Positions 36,680 through 49,039 of a stretch of 64,000 nucleotides of DNA are shown piece by piece. Each line of letters begins with the position of its first letter. The first letter of the stretch is position 1. The DNA is from Eledone cirrhosa (taxonomy: Eukaryota): positions 45,260,001-45,324,000 of the forward strand of contig OZ024744.1 in the NCBI GenBank assembly GCA_964016885.1. The letters are read 5' to 3'. The notes under the pieces are model-generated. The model searched no databases, was not told the DNA's origin, and saw only the letters and a program-made list of their open reading frames with translations. The position numbers and the translations under genes are program-made.

Positions 36680-37931
36680 GTAAGTTATAACATCATCTAA
36701 TAAGTTATTCAGTAATTTATCCTTTCACTATATATATATATATGTGTGTATATAATAAATGAAGAATTAGAAATAGAAGCCAGGAATATCCGTCATCAGT
36801 GGTCTACTAGCCATCATAGGTATTTCTTCGCATTACAGACCATATACCTCAAGCTAGGGCGATACAATAACTAAATTAAGTTATTGGGATAAAAAGAGTT
36901 GGGTGGAGAAAGAGAGACAGGTAAACAAACACGAATGGTGAGGCAACGTAAAGAGAGGAAAACATGAGAAAATCAAGTCAATAATTCATTTTGAACAGTC
37001 TTTGCCTTCTCGTCAATTCTTATGTTCAGGACCAGTCGGAAACTGTAGAATATTTCTCTCATAATTCTAGACATCCCACATACGACTAACCACACTTTAC
37101 TCCTTTCTATGAATTTGTATACATGGAAGTCTATGTAATGTGTATGGTGGAACTAATAAATAAAATATTGTGTACATATATAAGTGAAGTGATGTTGGTA
37201 TTATGTGTATGTTGATGTATACATATATATATATATATATTGGGTTGTATATCATTTTTCAAGTAACTGTTTGGGGTGTGTTTGTCTATTGATGCCTTTT
37301 TGAGTGTGTGTTAGGTTCTGTGTGAACTCTGTTTGTGCAAGTGTGAGTGTGAGGTTCTGTGTGTGCACTCTCTGTGCGTGTGTATGTAAGAATGAATTTT
37401 CTTTATTAGGACTGTTGTCATGATTATAGAAAATTTAGTAGCAAATGTATATTTACGGAGCTAACTAACCTCTTTTTTATATTATATATAGATGAGATAC
37501 CGAGATCAAGATCGTGTAGGTGTCACGACAAAAAAAAAAACAAAAAAAACACACAGTCCATGCTGTAATGTGGCCATGTAGGTAATACGGTAAAATGTTC
37601 CCAGTTCCACACTGTAAATGTGGTTGGTGTTAGGAAGGGCATCCAGCCGTACAAAACCTGCCAGATAGTCCTATATAAGTGAGACACGGTCACCCGACCA
37701 ACCTTGCCTCAAGTGGTACAACTCCCGTCTAGCCCATGCTAGCGTAGAAGATGGACGTTAAACAAAGATGATGATGATGACGATGATAGATATTACAATT
37801 AATCATCATCTTTGATGGGGCGGGGCCAGTTGTTAAATAACATACTAAACAATTATAGTTGTCCACTTATCACATTATCGATGTCTTATATATACCTGTA
37901 AGTTTACTGTGATTTTTATGTTTGTTTTCAG

Positions 37932-37939
37932 ATATGTAA
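37932..37939 (+). CDS. Probable terminal coding exon (xAT ATG TAA = D/N-M-stop) followed by AT-rich 3' UTR
   Basis: The acceptor region tatacctgtaagtttactgtgatttttatgtttgttttcag is a diverged paralog of the repeat-exon acceptor; immediate phase-1 stop. Confidence 0.5.
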
Positions 37940-38399
37940 AACGATAAGACATTGAACAAAATGAATACGATAAGAAATTGTATGAAAACCTCTGTCTACT
38001 ATTAGTGAACATAAAGTAAATATGGGATATTTTAGGAGAAAAAAACATTTGTCAGTCATTTCAAACGTACGGAGAATGTACCACTGTAAATTATTTCAAA
38101 TATTAACTGATTTGATATCTAACACAGTTAATTTTTTAAATAAATAGATAAATGTAGAAATATATGGAAAAATCTGAGGAAGTATTAATGAATTTTATCT
38201 TCCATTTTTTGATATTTCGGTTCTCTCTCTTTCAATCTCCCTCCCTCTCGCTCTCTTTCTATCTCTCTCCCTCTCACTCTCTCTCACTCTCGCTCTCTCT
38301 TTCTATCTCTCTCCCTCTCACTCTCTCTCTTTCTATCTCTCACACTCTCTCTCACTCTCGCTCTCTCTTTCTATCCACTCTTCACGACCCCTCCGCCCA

Positions 38400-40300
38400 T
38401 TGCTTTCCATGTTTTTTTTTAATTTGTTTTTCCTTTTGTTTTTTTGACTACCGTCTCTCCTTAGGACACCCCTTTCCCACTCCCCATCCCTACCATACCT
38501 AACCTGTAATCCTTCCTCCACCAACTCCACACCCGCCTCATACACTTTCTCCAACCCGCCTGCTACCTTCAACCCACACTCCAACTCTCCTACCTCCTCT
38601 TTGCTAAGACCCAGCATTCCAGCCACATCCAATTCCACAGCCATTACCTCCATCTCCAGCTCCAGCTCATCCCCCACAGATTCCGACTCTATTTCCATGC
38701 CTCCCCCCTCTTGTTAGCCTCAATGCAACACATCCTCACCAGCTCCTCCCGTCTCCTCATGCGTGTCTCACTCCGCTCCTCCCATCTCCTCATGCACGTC
38801 TCACTCCGCTCCTCCCTCTCTACTATCCGCAACCTCAACTGCAACCTACCCCTAACCCTTCTTCACCTCAACTGCAACCTACCCCAAACCCTTCTTCACC
38901 TCAACTCCACCTGTCACCCTCTCCTCACCCGCTCCGTCCTTCTTTTCATCCATAACCTCAACCATGATCTCTTCTCTTTCTTCACCTCCACCAAGCCCCA
39001 CAAATTCAACTCATTCTTTCCCCCAACCACCACCCACCTCTGAGACCCCCTTCACCCTCGCCTACCTCTCCGTAAGCCCCCCCCCCTACCCCTCCGTACC
39101 CCCCCCCCCCCCCCCCACACACACATAACCCCTCACCCCACCTAACCCATCCATCACCACCCCACCCGTACCTTGCCACCCAACTAACACAACTAACACC
39201 CTACCCCCACCTAAACCCCCCGTCCCTACCTACCCACCCACCCCTATCTAAACTATACACCCCCACCCGTACCATGCCACCCAACTAACACAACTAACAC
39301 CCTACCCCCACCTAAACCCTCCACCCATACCTCCCCCCTAACACTAACCTCATCCCTCACATCGCCAACCACCCAATCACCTTCCTCTCTCCCTTCACCT
39401 ACCCCTACTATCACCACTAACCTCTACTCACACCCACCCACACCTCGCCACCCAACTAACACAACTAACACCAGACCCACATCAATCTCCTCACACCACC
39501 AACCTCTCTACCCATACCTTCCCCTTCCCCTCCACTAACACTAACCTCTTCCCCTACTATCCCCAACCACCCACTCAACCTTCTTCTCTCCCTTCACCTA
39601 CCCCTACTATCACCACCACACCTCGCCACCCAACTAACACAACTAACACCAGACCCACATCAATCTCCTCACACCACCAACCTCTCTACCCTTACCTTCC
39701 CCTTCCCCTCCACTAACACTAACCTCTTCCCCTACATCCCCAACCACCCACTCAACCTTCTCTCCCTTCACCTACCCCTACTATAACCACACACACCTTG
39801 CCACCCAACTAACACCCATCCCTTCCATCACTAACCTACTAATAACGCCACCCGACGCACACCTACCTACCAGTAACCGCCTAATCTCACCCCATTTCCT
39901 CCACCCCGCCACCCTCTAATCCACTGACTCACCACCAGACACCTCCACCCATGGCCCTACCCCACCCTTGGTTTAGTCCTTTCCCTCCTTATACCACAAA
40001 AACACGCACCTACACCCTTAAACACACACACACACAAATACCAGTATATACGCTCACATACGCGTATGTACCCATCAAAAGAGTGATTGACAGAGCCTTG
40101 CCACACACACCGACTATCTCTCCTCGCATGACCACTACGCTTTCTACACACACATTTTACCATACGTCATCCCTGCCCGGACTCTGATTTTCTTGCTTCC
40201 CCCTTCTCTTTCTCTTCGCCTCCACCCACCCCTATACACACTACCACACCCATCCTAGACCTATACACTCCTCCCACCACTTTATTTTCACTTTTATTTA
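38400..40300. repeat. C-rich low-complexity block with internal tandem duplications
   Basis: Recurrent ccacccaactaacacaactaacacc units; ~180-bp duplication 39440-39800. Confidence 0.7.
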
Positions 40301-40434
40301 AAATCTGCTTTTTATATCTATTTTTATTTTGCCCCTTCTTTTCGTGTGCTTTACTTCTTTACTTCCCTCCTTACCCCCTCTTGGAGTTCCTCTCCTGTGT
40401 TTTGTTTGTTTTTTTCTAATTATATATATATATA

Positions 40435-40880
40435 TATATATATTGGTAAACGGAATAGAAAATGCTGACAAATTGTTCACAGTTGAAAAATGGTTTAATT
40501 AGGAATAAAAGAGTATTAGTGATTGTATGGGTTAGTATTCAGTTGTGGTTTTAAGTTTTTATGTTTTTACCGGTTGCGCATTTCTAAATGCTTTTCAAAA
40601 ATAATTATGAGATAGAGTGTCCGTGCTGTTTGCTCTGATCTCGAGCAAACAGCACGGACACTCTATCTCAAAATCTGATCAGAGCAAACAGCACGGACAC
40701 TCTATCTCAAAATTATTTTTGAAAAGCATTTAGAAATGCGCAACCGGTAAAAGCATAAAAACTTAAAACCACAACTGAATACTAACCCATACAATCACTA
40801 ATACTCTTTTATTCCTAATTAAACCATTTTTCAACTGTGAACAATTTGTCAGCATTTTCTATTCCGTTTACCAATATATA
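40435..40880. repeat. ~445-bp near-perfect palindrome (fold-back element)
   Basis: 40435-40640 is the reverse complement of about 40677-40880; central ~35-bp segment duplicated. Confidence 0.9.
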
Positions 40881-40909
40881 ATAACTTGTGTGTTACACCT
40901 CTATTCTTT

Positions 40910-40954
<45 letters not shown>

Positions 40955-40959
<5 letters not shown>

Positions 40960-41061
40960 AAGACCCCGACGGCTGAGGTCAAGCCGTTTCGACGGCTAAT
41001 TCTGACCAGTCCAGAATTAGCCGTCGAAACGGCTTGAGCTCAGCCGTCGGGCTCTTACTTT
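40955..41061. repeat. 50-bp-arm hairpin with 7-nt loop
   Basis: Arms 40955-41004 and 41012-41061; the right arm also occurs at about 3354-3403 and 6004-6054. Confidence 0.88.
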
Positions 41062-41540
41062 TTATTACCCACTCTACTACCCTAAGTATTGAGTACTTTG
41101 GTGCGTTATGGTCCACCTGGTTCCTTACCACATTTCCTTCGTTATATATATATATATATATATATGTACACACACACACATATATATAGGAAGGGAGACT
41201 GTCCACCTCTAGTTTGTGTCTCCTTACCTTCTAACACCCGTTATCAGTAACCATACAGCCCCTCCTCTCATTCATATTTATGCTATTTATTGCTGTGACC
41301 TTCGCTCTCTCCTTTCTACCAATCACACTCACGCCCTCTGCCTTCTACTCCCTCTCGCTTCCGTTTCTCTCTTTCTGCTGTGCTTTCGCTGAGGACAGAC
41401 GTGGAATACCTAGCTGCTTTATTATGGCCCCGGGCTTAAACCCAACGGCTTTTTTTTAACTTGATCTCCATTCTCTCGGTTACTTGCTTACATGTACCAT
41501 TGTCCCGTGTCCCCCTTCCATTGGTGTGTTTATTTTTTTT

Positions 41541-41588
<48 letters not shown>

Positions 41589-42210
41589 AAAAATGTGTGG
41601 ACGTTTCAAAACGTTCTATCTTTCTATACAAATCACGTTGTATGAAATAAAAGAAAAGGCACCTTGTATAAATTTAAAGATGAGAGGACTTTATAACATA
41701 GACCAAAAGTTGTTTAGCGTAACTTGCTTTCTTAGTTTCTTTTAAACATTAATTGTCCTTTCCTTCAGACTCCAGCATTCTGTTTTTCGACTGCTTTGTT
41801 AGGGTCCCCTCTATCCTTGCTAAAGTAAGGAGGGTTGCACCTTGTTTTGGGGGTGTGTGTTTGTTGACCCTTGCGTATATATATAATTTCATTTGAGTAT
41901 TGGTGAAAGATAGCATGAAAACCATTTACCTCCTCCTACTCTCATCAACATCAAACACCAGAGTGAGTGAGTGAGAGGGGTCGTGACGAGTAGACAAAAA
42001 GCGAGAGAGAGATTGAAAGAGAGAGGAGCTGAGATATCGACAAATGGAAGATAAAATTCATTAATACTTCTTCAGATTTTCCATATATTTATACATTCAT
42101 CTATTTATTTTAAAATTTGCTGTGTTAGATTATATTTATATATGAAACATTATGTAAAGAATAAATAATGTTGATAAGTGTGTTTTGTTTCTCCATCATG
42201 TTCTGTTTAT

Positions 42211-42287
<77 letters not shown>

Positions 42288-42464
42288 ATGTATAATAAAC
42301 AATACAATATAATTACCTCTTTACCAGAGCTTTCCCGAATAAGACGAATACAAGAAACGTCCGCATTCGTTCGTCAGACAAGGCAATTTAAAACAGTGAA
42401 ATATTTTAAAAATCTCAAGAAAGGCTAAAAGTTTAACGGGCAAGAAAAAAATAAGTGTGATTTC

Positions 42465-42700
42465 GTGTGTGGGTATGACACAAAACAAATTCAAAACGAG
42501 ATATTACTCACATGTCGCATCTTTCCGACATCCTGAAAAAAGATCTACAACAGCTCTGGCTAGCAGAATATGGGATATGAAGGACCAAGGTATCCAATAT
42601 AAATGAGATTGGTCAATTTTCAACCAATCTAAAGAATACGCAAGAGGAACAAGAAGATGCGCACTATGCATAAGTGAAAAATATTGGATTTTTTATTTGG
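42465..42700 (+). mobile_element. Penelope-like GIY-YIG C-terminal remnant
   Basis: Translates to ...SKEYARGTRRCALCISEKYWI; upstream 42283-42450 is inverted at 48552-48723. Confidence 0.55.
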
Positions 42701-42704
42701 ATAT

Positions 42705-43657
42705 AACGGCGATGAATTAGTTTTGCGAGATTTTTGATATGAAATCGTGTGTCGAAACAAATATTGTTATACTTGGGGTTGGTCATATTTGTGTAATAAT
42801 ATTGCCAGAATTAATAACAGAACACACTCACCGTTTGGTTGGTTTTCGCTTCTGTGTCTTTTACATCGGTTAATTTAATTTATTCGGTCCTCAATGTTAC
42901 CATTGACTGACCAACGGTCAAAAATACAGATACAATATAGATACAAACACATATATATAGTCTAACAAAGTTCTTTCGTTGGCATGTTCGTATAGTACTA
43001 TACGAACATGCCAGACAACAACACGACGGCAGACAACATAGAAATTAGAATAATATCTAAACAAAGAAATGATCCAGCAGATAGGCAAATCAGAGAGGCC
43101 AGCGAAATAGAACTTAGAAGGCCAAGGCTAAACAGAAAAATGAATGGAATAACAACAACACCCAAACAAACAACACTGGCCTAAGAGAAGTATAAATAAA
43201 TAAATAAGTAAATACATATACAAGCACAATAACAACAAACACATATAAACACACACTAGTTAACTAAGATAGAATACAATAACGAACACACAGTCACCCA
43301 AACACGAACACACATCAAACAAAACGCTATACACACTCGGAAATAAACAAAAAATAAATAAATAAACAGACTAAATAAACATGGCGTAGGCATACAATAC
43401 AACGGGAGGAAACATAATGGCACCACTGACGATTTTGCAGATGTGCAACCAAATAATTTTTTTAGACTATATATATGTGTTTGTGTCTATATTGTATCTG
43501 TATGTTTGACCGTTGGTCAGTCAATGGTAACATTGAGGACCGAATAAATTAAATTAACCGATATAAAAGACACAGAAGCGAAAACCAACCAAACAGCGAG
43601 TGTGTTCTGTTATTAATTGTGGCAATATTATTACCCAAATATGACCCTCCCCAAGTA

Positions 43658-43662
<5 letters not shown>
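42705..43662 (+). mobile_element. Heavily truncated copy of the 14437-17080 Penelope family with inverted pLTRs
   Basis: 42765-42980 is the inverse of 43450-43662; palindromic junction ggcatgttcgtatagtactatacgaacatgcc. Confidence 0.8.
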
Positions 43663-43698
<36 letters not shown>

Positions 43699-44519
43699 TT
43701 ACATATACAGTTATATGGTCACTGGTTAAATATACGTAGTAGTATATTAAGCGTAACAATTACATCATAACTCAAGAAAATGCATGCTGGATTACTACAA
43801 TAAACAACCACTCCATGCAGAAAATCACAGGTCAACATTAAAACCTTGTTCAAGAATCATTTCAAGCCAATTCACCACACACAATTCTGTCACCAACATG
43901 TGAATAGAACTTCAGGTCACAGCAAAAACGATCAGCACAACCAACGAGTCTAAACAAAACAAACGGAAATCAGCACTCGTGTACCAATTGTTAAATACAC
44001 TAAATATCTTAGCATGTTTTCTAAAAATGGTCAAATTCAAATATATAATCAGAGATGAAATGGAATAGATACAAAATAAAGATAAAATTACAAATATAGT
44101 CTACATACCACTAAAATTAAATTAAAATAATTGTTTCTACTATTGGCACAAGGCCAGCAAATTACTGGTACTTTATTTTATCACCCCGTAAGGATGAAAG
44201 GAAACGTTAACCTCGGTGGTATTTGAACTCAAAATGGCAAGGGCCGTAACTGGCTTAGAGCATTTTACTTTATTTAGCGCCCCTGAACTCTGTGTACATA
44301 AATTGATGACGTCTTAGTTGTTACAGAAAAACGTAGTTCTCATGTGGTCTCTGTGTACATTAAATGATGATGTTTCAGCTGTTAAAGAGATGACGTTGTA
44401 CTCAGGATGTGAATGAAAGGGGGATAACTCTGATTATTCATCTAATAGGTATTTAATTCAGACTAAATTCAGATTAAAGAGAAATGAATATAAGTAGTAA
44501 AATTATAAGTTCAGTAACT

Positions 44520-46080
44520 TCACCCATCCTACCTCCCCCCAGTACCTACCCCACCAACACCGCACTAACACACATCCCACCACATCACTCCACCCCATAG
44601 CCCACTATACCATGGTAGATCTAACCACATCACACCCCCTCCAAACTACAATACAATACACACCATAACACTAAACTACAGGATATCACCCCTACACCAA
44701 TAGACACCGCATCACACCACACCACATCACACCACACCAATCCCTCAGACAACCAAACCACTCGACACCACACCACGCCATACCGCTCCACCGATTCAAT
44801 CACTATATACCACGCCACACCACACACCGTTATAAACTACCACTCCCAGAAGCATTATACTACTGTATACCCCATCCCACTTCACTGCCCCAGGACCAGT
44901 ACAACATATCCAACCTCAAACTACGCACTTCAATATTGGGAAAAATTAGACCGCGTTACACCACACAACACCACACCAAACCACAGTACACCAGACTACA
45001 ACACTAAAAACACACCCCACAGTCATACCCAATCCTCACAAAATTACAAACACTACATAATACTACACCTCACCACACCTCAGCAAATCATACCAAATTC
45101 CCTTACACCACCCTACACTACAATACATCACATCACACTAAAATACCCCACTCCTCACCACGCTGCACTACATTACTACACACTAGATCCCACTTCACCA
45201 TACACAGCCACATCACCTCATACCACACTATACTACCACACAACACAACCACATACTTCTCACACCACTCCAAACTCAAAAACTCACCACTGCAGACTAT
45301 ATTATTCCACACCTTAGTCCAGTGAGTATAGCAACTGAAGCTGCCCCAGTGGCAACAATGTCCGACACCTTATTTCAATCATCACGATACAGCACATCAC
45401 ATCATAACACTACATTACACTCCACCCTACTAATCCACTGGACACCTATTCATACTACCCAACACCTAGCTATACTACACTACATCCCACCAAATTGCAA
45501 ACATTCGATTCAACCACACCAATGTCATCACCCCCTACTACAGTAGGCCTATACACTCCACAACAAATCAAATCAAGTACACCGCCATACGTCACACGAC
45601 CCTATCAACTACACCACAGTATACTGTATTACATTACACAACACTAAACTATAATGCTAAGCAACATTGGATAGTACACCAAACCACACTGCACTATACA
45701 GTATCTAAATATACAACACCTCATCATCCCTTACAAGGACCTAACTAAATAAAACTATCTTACACTTCAGTACACAACATCGCCTATGTCCATAGCATAG
45801 TACAGCACAAATAGCTCGATAAGATACATCACAGTTCACCACTCAATACATCATTACACCACAATAAAATACAAGTATCACACCACACCTCTGTACACCA
45901 CACCTCTCCACACCATCCTTCATCACCGCGCACTACACTACACTATATCACAGATATTATACCACAATACACTAGACCACACCCAGATACACCCACACTA
46001 AAATACACCAGAGCCACACTAATTACACCACCCCATACATTCAAAACCACACCACAGTAGACTATACCAATATACACACT
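44520..46080. repeat. Degenerate CACAC/CTACA pentamer-based low-complexity satellite
   Basis: Recurrent acacc, actac and atcac units. Confidence 0.75.
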
Positions 46081-46099
46081 ATGGATTCAATAGGGTTAA

Positions 46100-47800
46100 G
46101 CAGCGGTACTGTACAAGGAGGAGTGATACATCAGCAGAGCTAAGTAATAGGTTTATAGTGGTAAAATGAATGAAGTTTCATGTGAATACAAGATGAGAAG
46201 ATCTCAGATTTCCTATTCAGTAATTCGCAGTTAGAGTAAACTATGGCATGAGACTCAAGCAGGCAGAGGTTACAAGTTTTGATCGGGGCGGTAGGGTGTC
46301 GATTTAGTTACCAACCTCCAATTGAGTGTATAATCTATACCATCATATTTTAAAGAGTGAATATATTTAGCTAAGGAAGGTAGCATTTTTAAGCCTATCA
46401 TATCTAAAAGTATAATTGTAGGAGTTAAATCTACTTTTAAAGCTGTAGAGGTAGAACCCACATATGTCTTAGTTGAGGTTGTTGTTACAACATCACATGC
46501 ATAAACAATATTCCTCATAAGGCAATTGCCTTTTAAAGGGCAATTTCCACTCCTTCTATAATTACAACTACGGTATGTGTCGTTATTCATACCTTGGGAT
46601 GGCCTATTGTTCAAACCCATTTGACTTGTAATGTGTTCAACAGATGTGATGTCAGCGATCTGCGGTACCGCACTAGCCAATGGTTTAGGTTGCTGTTGGT
46701 TACTCACAGTTTTAATATTTTCAAAACCTACACTAATTTTCTGATTATTAGTACGTGCCAAGTGGTAAGCTAGGTTTGGTGTAGTGGAGTACTATAATTT
46801 AATTGTGTTTTTATTGAATATACTATGGTATCTGCTACCCGGCGGGAAGTTTTTTTCTGGGATTAAGAAGAATGTTTTTGGTATATTAGTTAAGACCTCA
46901 GAGTTATATGGTGGCATAAAAAAGGTGTTCCTTCTTCTTCTATTTTTTCTATTTTTCCCCACTACAGTCTGGTTCACACCAGGGCTACTACTCTCCCCTA
47001 CGCATACAGAACTAAGTCCACCATAAATTGGTGGTGAAATTCTCCCATTACATAGGTCAATATGTCTATCTAATACTCTACTATGAGTGTGTTTTCCAAA
47101 TCTTACAGCACTTCCATTAGTGTAACCATTAGAAGTATTTGGAGGATGCATATTAGGGCCATTAAGTCTAGGCTGAGCTGAGCTAATCACAACATTTGTC
47201 CTATATAGATTTTTATTACTTTTATAATTATAATTATAATTTAAAGACATATTATGCGTAATCACATTATTATGCCTAGCTACCGTGGATTGGGAGTTAG
47301 CAGGTACGTAAAATAGTTTATTTTTATATCCAGACTTAGCTAATGCAACATTATAATAATCTACATTAGAGTTGAAAATATCTTCACTACATGATAAAGG
47401 GCTGATCCTATTAGATACTCTCTTAACAATAGCATTCAGTGCAGATTTAGGGTGGTTGGATTCAGCATGTACATAAGTTAGTCTCTCATTAGGTTTATTA
47501 TATGGTGTCTAAATCCTATTTTCTAGATCAAGTGTTGCATCCAAGAAATTTACTGTTTTATTATTCTTATCTATCGTAATATTAAGGTTATAACCATTAA
47601 AGAATTTGCGTAGAGCCTTCTTTGTACTCTAAATAGTGAATTTTTTATGCTCAAGGATAAGGAGGGCATCATCTCAGTATAAACCACCGCATAGGTATGG
47701 AAGTGGCTTATGGAGTTCATGGATTAGGTAAAGTTCGACCAAATCAGTTACCTGAGCAGAGTCCGCAGATCCCATTGTGATATCAAAGTTGTTAGTGTTA
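46100..47800 (-). mobile_element. Penelope-like element 2 (decayed RT + GIY-YIG)
   Basis: FDITMGS...GGLY*DD (RT); CPLKGNC...NIVYAC...YVGST (GIY-YIG). Confidence 0.85.
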
Positions 47801-48793
47801 TATATATATATATATATATAGATATATATGGTCGCGTGCGTGCGTGTGAATAGATGTGCATGTATATATATATATATGTGTATATGTATGTATGTATGTA
47901 TGCATGTATGTATGTATGCATGCGTGTATGTGTATGTATGCTTTTTTGCACGTGTTTTTGTCTGTATGTATATATATTTATATATATGTATGTGTGTATG
48001 AGCTTGTTCGCGTATATGCATGTTTTCTACTTTTTATTTATTTTTTCTAGTGTTACTATATATATTACAACCCCTCCCACTTAATTTCTCTTTGCCTTAA
48101 TTTTTTATTCTTATCTTATATATTATTTCATTTATTCATCATATTTTATATTTGTATCGACCTTGTGTCTGACACTGTGTTGACTTTATACACTCCCTTC
48201 CCTGTATATACCACATACATGTATGTGATTGCGCGTGTGTGTATGTGTATACGCGTGCGTCCTTTCATCCTTGTATGTGTATATATTTCTGCCCTTAGTC
48301 CCTGAGTCTGTATGTACGCTAACTCCATTATCTTACAATTTCTATTTTCAATATATATATATATATTTATTTGTGATGACATACACTAATATATTTGACC
48401 TCATGTATGTACTTACGCACACATTTTTTTCACTATACACATATAGTTGTACATACACACACATGTACATATGTATGTGCATATACACACATCCCCTTAC
48501 TATATTTCTTCTTTTTTTATTTTAATACATTTCTTGTATTATTACTTTTTTTTTTTTTTGCTCGTTAAACTTTTAGCTTTTCTTGGGGAGATTTTTCAAA
48601 TATTTCACTATTTTAAATTGCCTTGCCTTACGAACGAATGTGGAGTTTCTAGTATTCGTCTTATTCGGGAAAACTCTGGTAATGAGGTAATTAAATTGTA
48701 TTGTTTATTATACATTAAATATTTACCTCTGCAACTTACATAGAGCACTCTTCATTCTTCTGATTTTTTCAATTTTCAACGGAAACTTCAATA

Positions 48794-48869
<76 letters not shown>

Positions 48870-49039
48870 TATATAGATAGATAGGTAAATATACACGGGT
48901 GTGTATGATTGTGTATAGAAGATTATATTAATAAGAGGAATTCCAAATTTGTCTGATTTACTCGTTTTATTTACAATCCTTTAAAATATATATAATGGTA
49001 TTATAATGAAATAGTATGATAGAATATTAAATTCTAAGT

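Larger units (their letters stand above)
1577..37939 (+). other. Putative multi-exon gene (3' part) built from tandem phase-1 micro-exons encoding a repetitive S/T/P/K-rich protein
   Basis: 23 paralogous cassettes with (T)nYAG acceptors and GTAAGT donors; lengths are multiples of 3 in all but one; open in the same phase; followed by a terminal exon with an in-frame TAA. Confidence 0.8.

Noticed and set aside
38139-38144. AATAAA as the poly(A) signal of the repeat gene
   Set aside because: It lies in a segment (about 38115-38400) with an inverted copy at about 41960-42130, i.e. a dispersed repeat; cannot be assigned without 3'-end data.
38440-39045. Possible decayed Penelope N-terminal ORF in the C-rich block
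   Set aside because: Only a faint motif resemblance (QHILTSSSRLLMR) in low-complexity sequence; needs a profile search.
41769-41824. Isolated ccttcag|...|gtaagg exon-like segment
   Set aside because: 56 nt, unrelated to the cassettes and downstream of the inferred stop; no further support.
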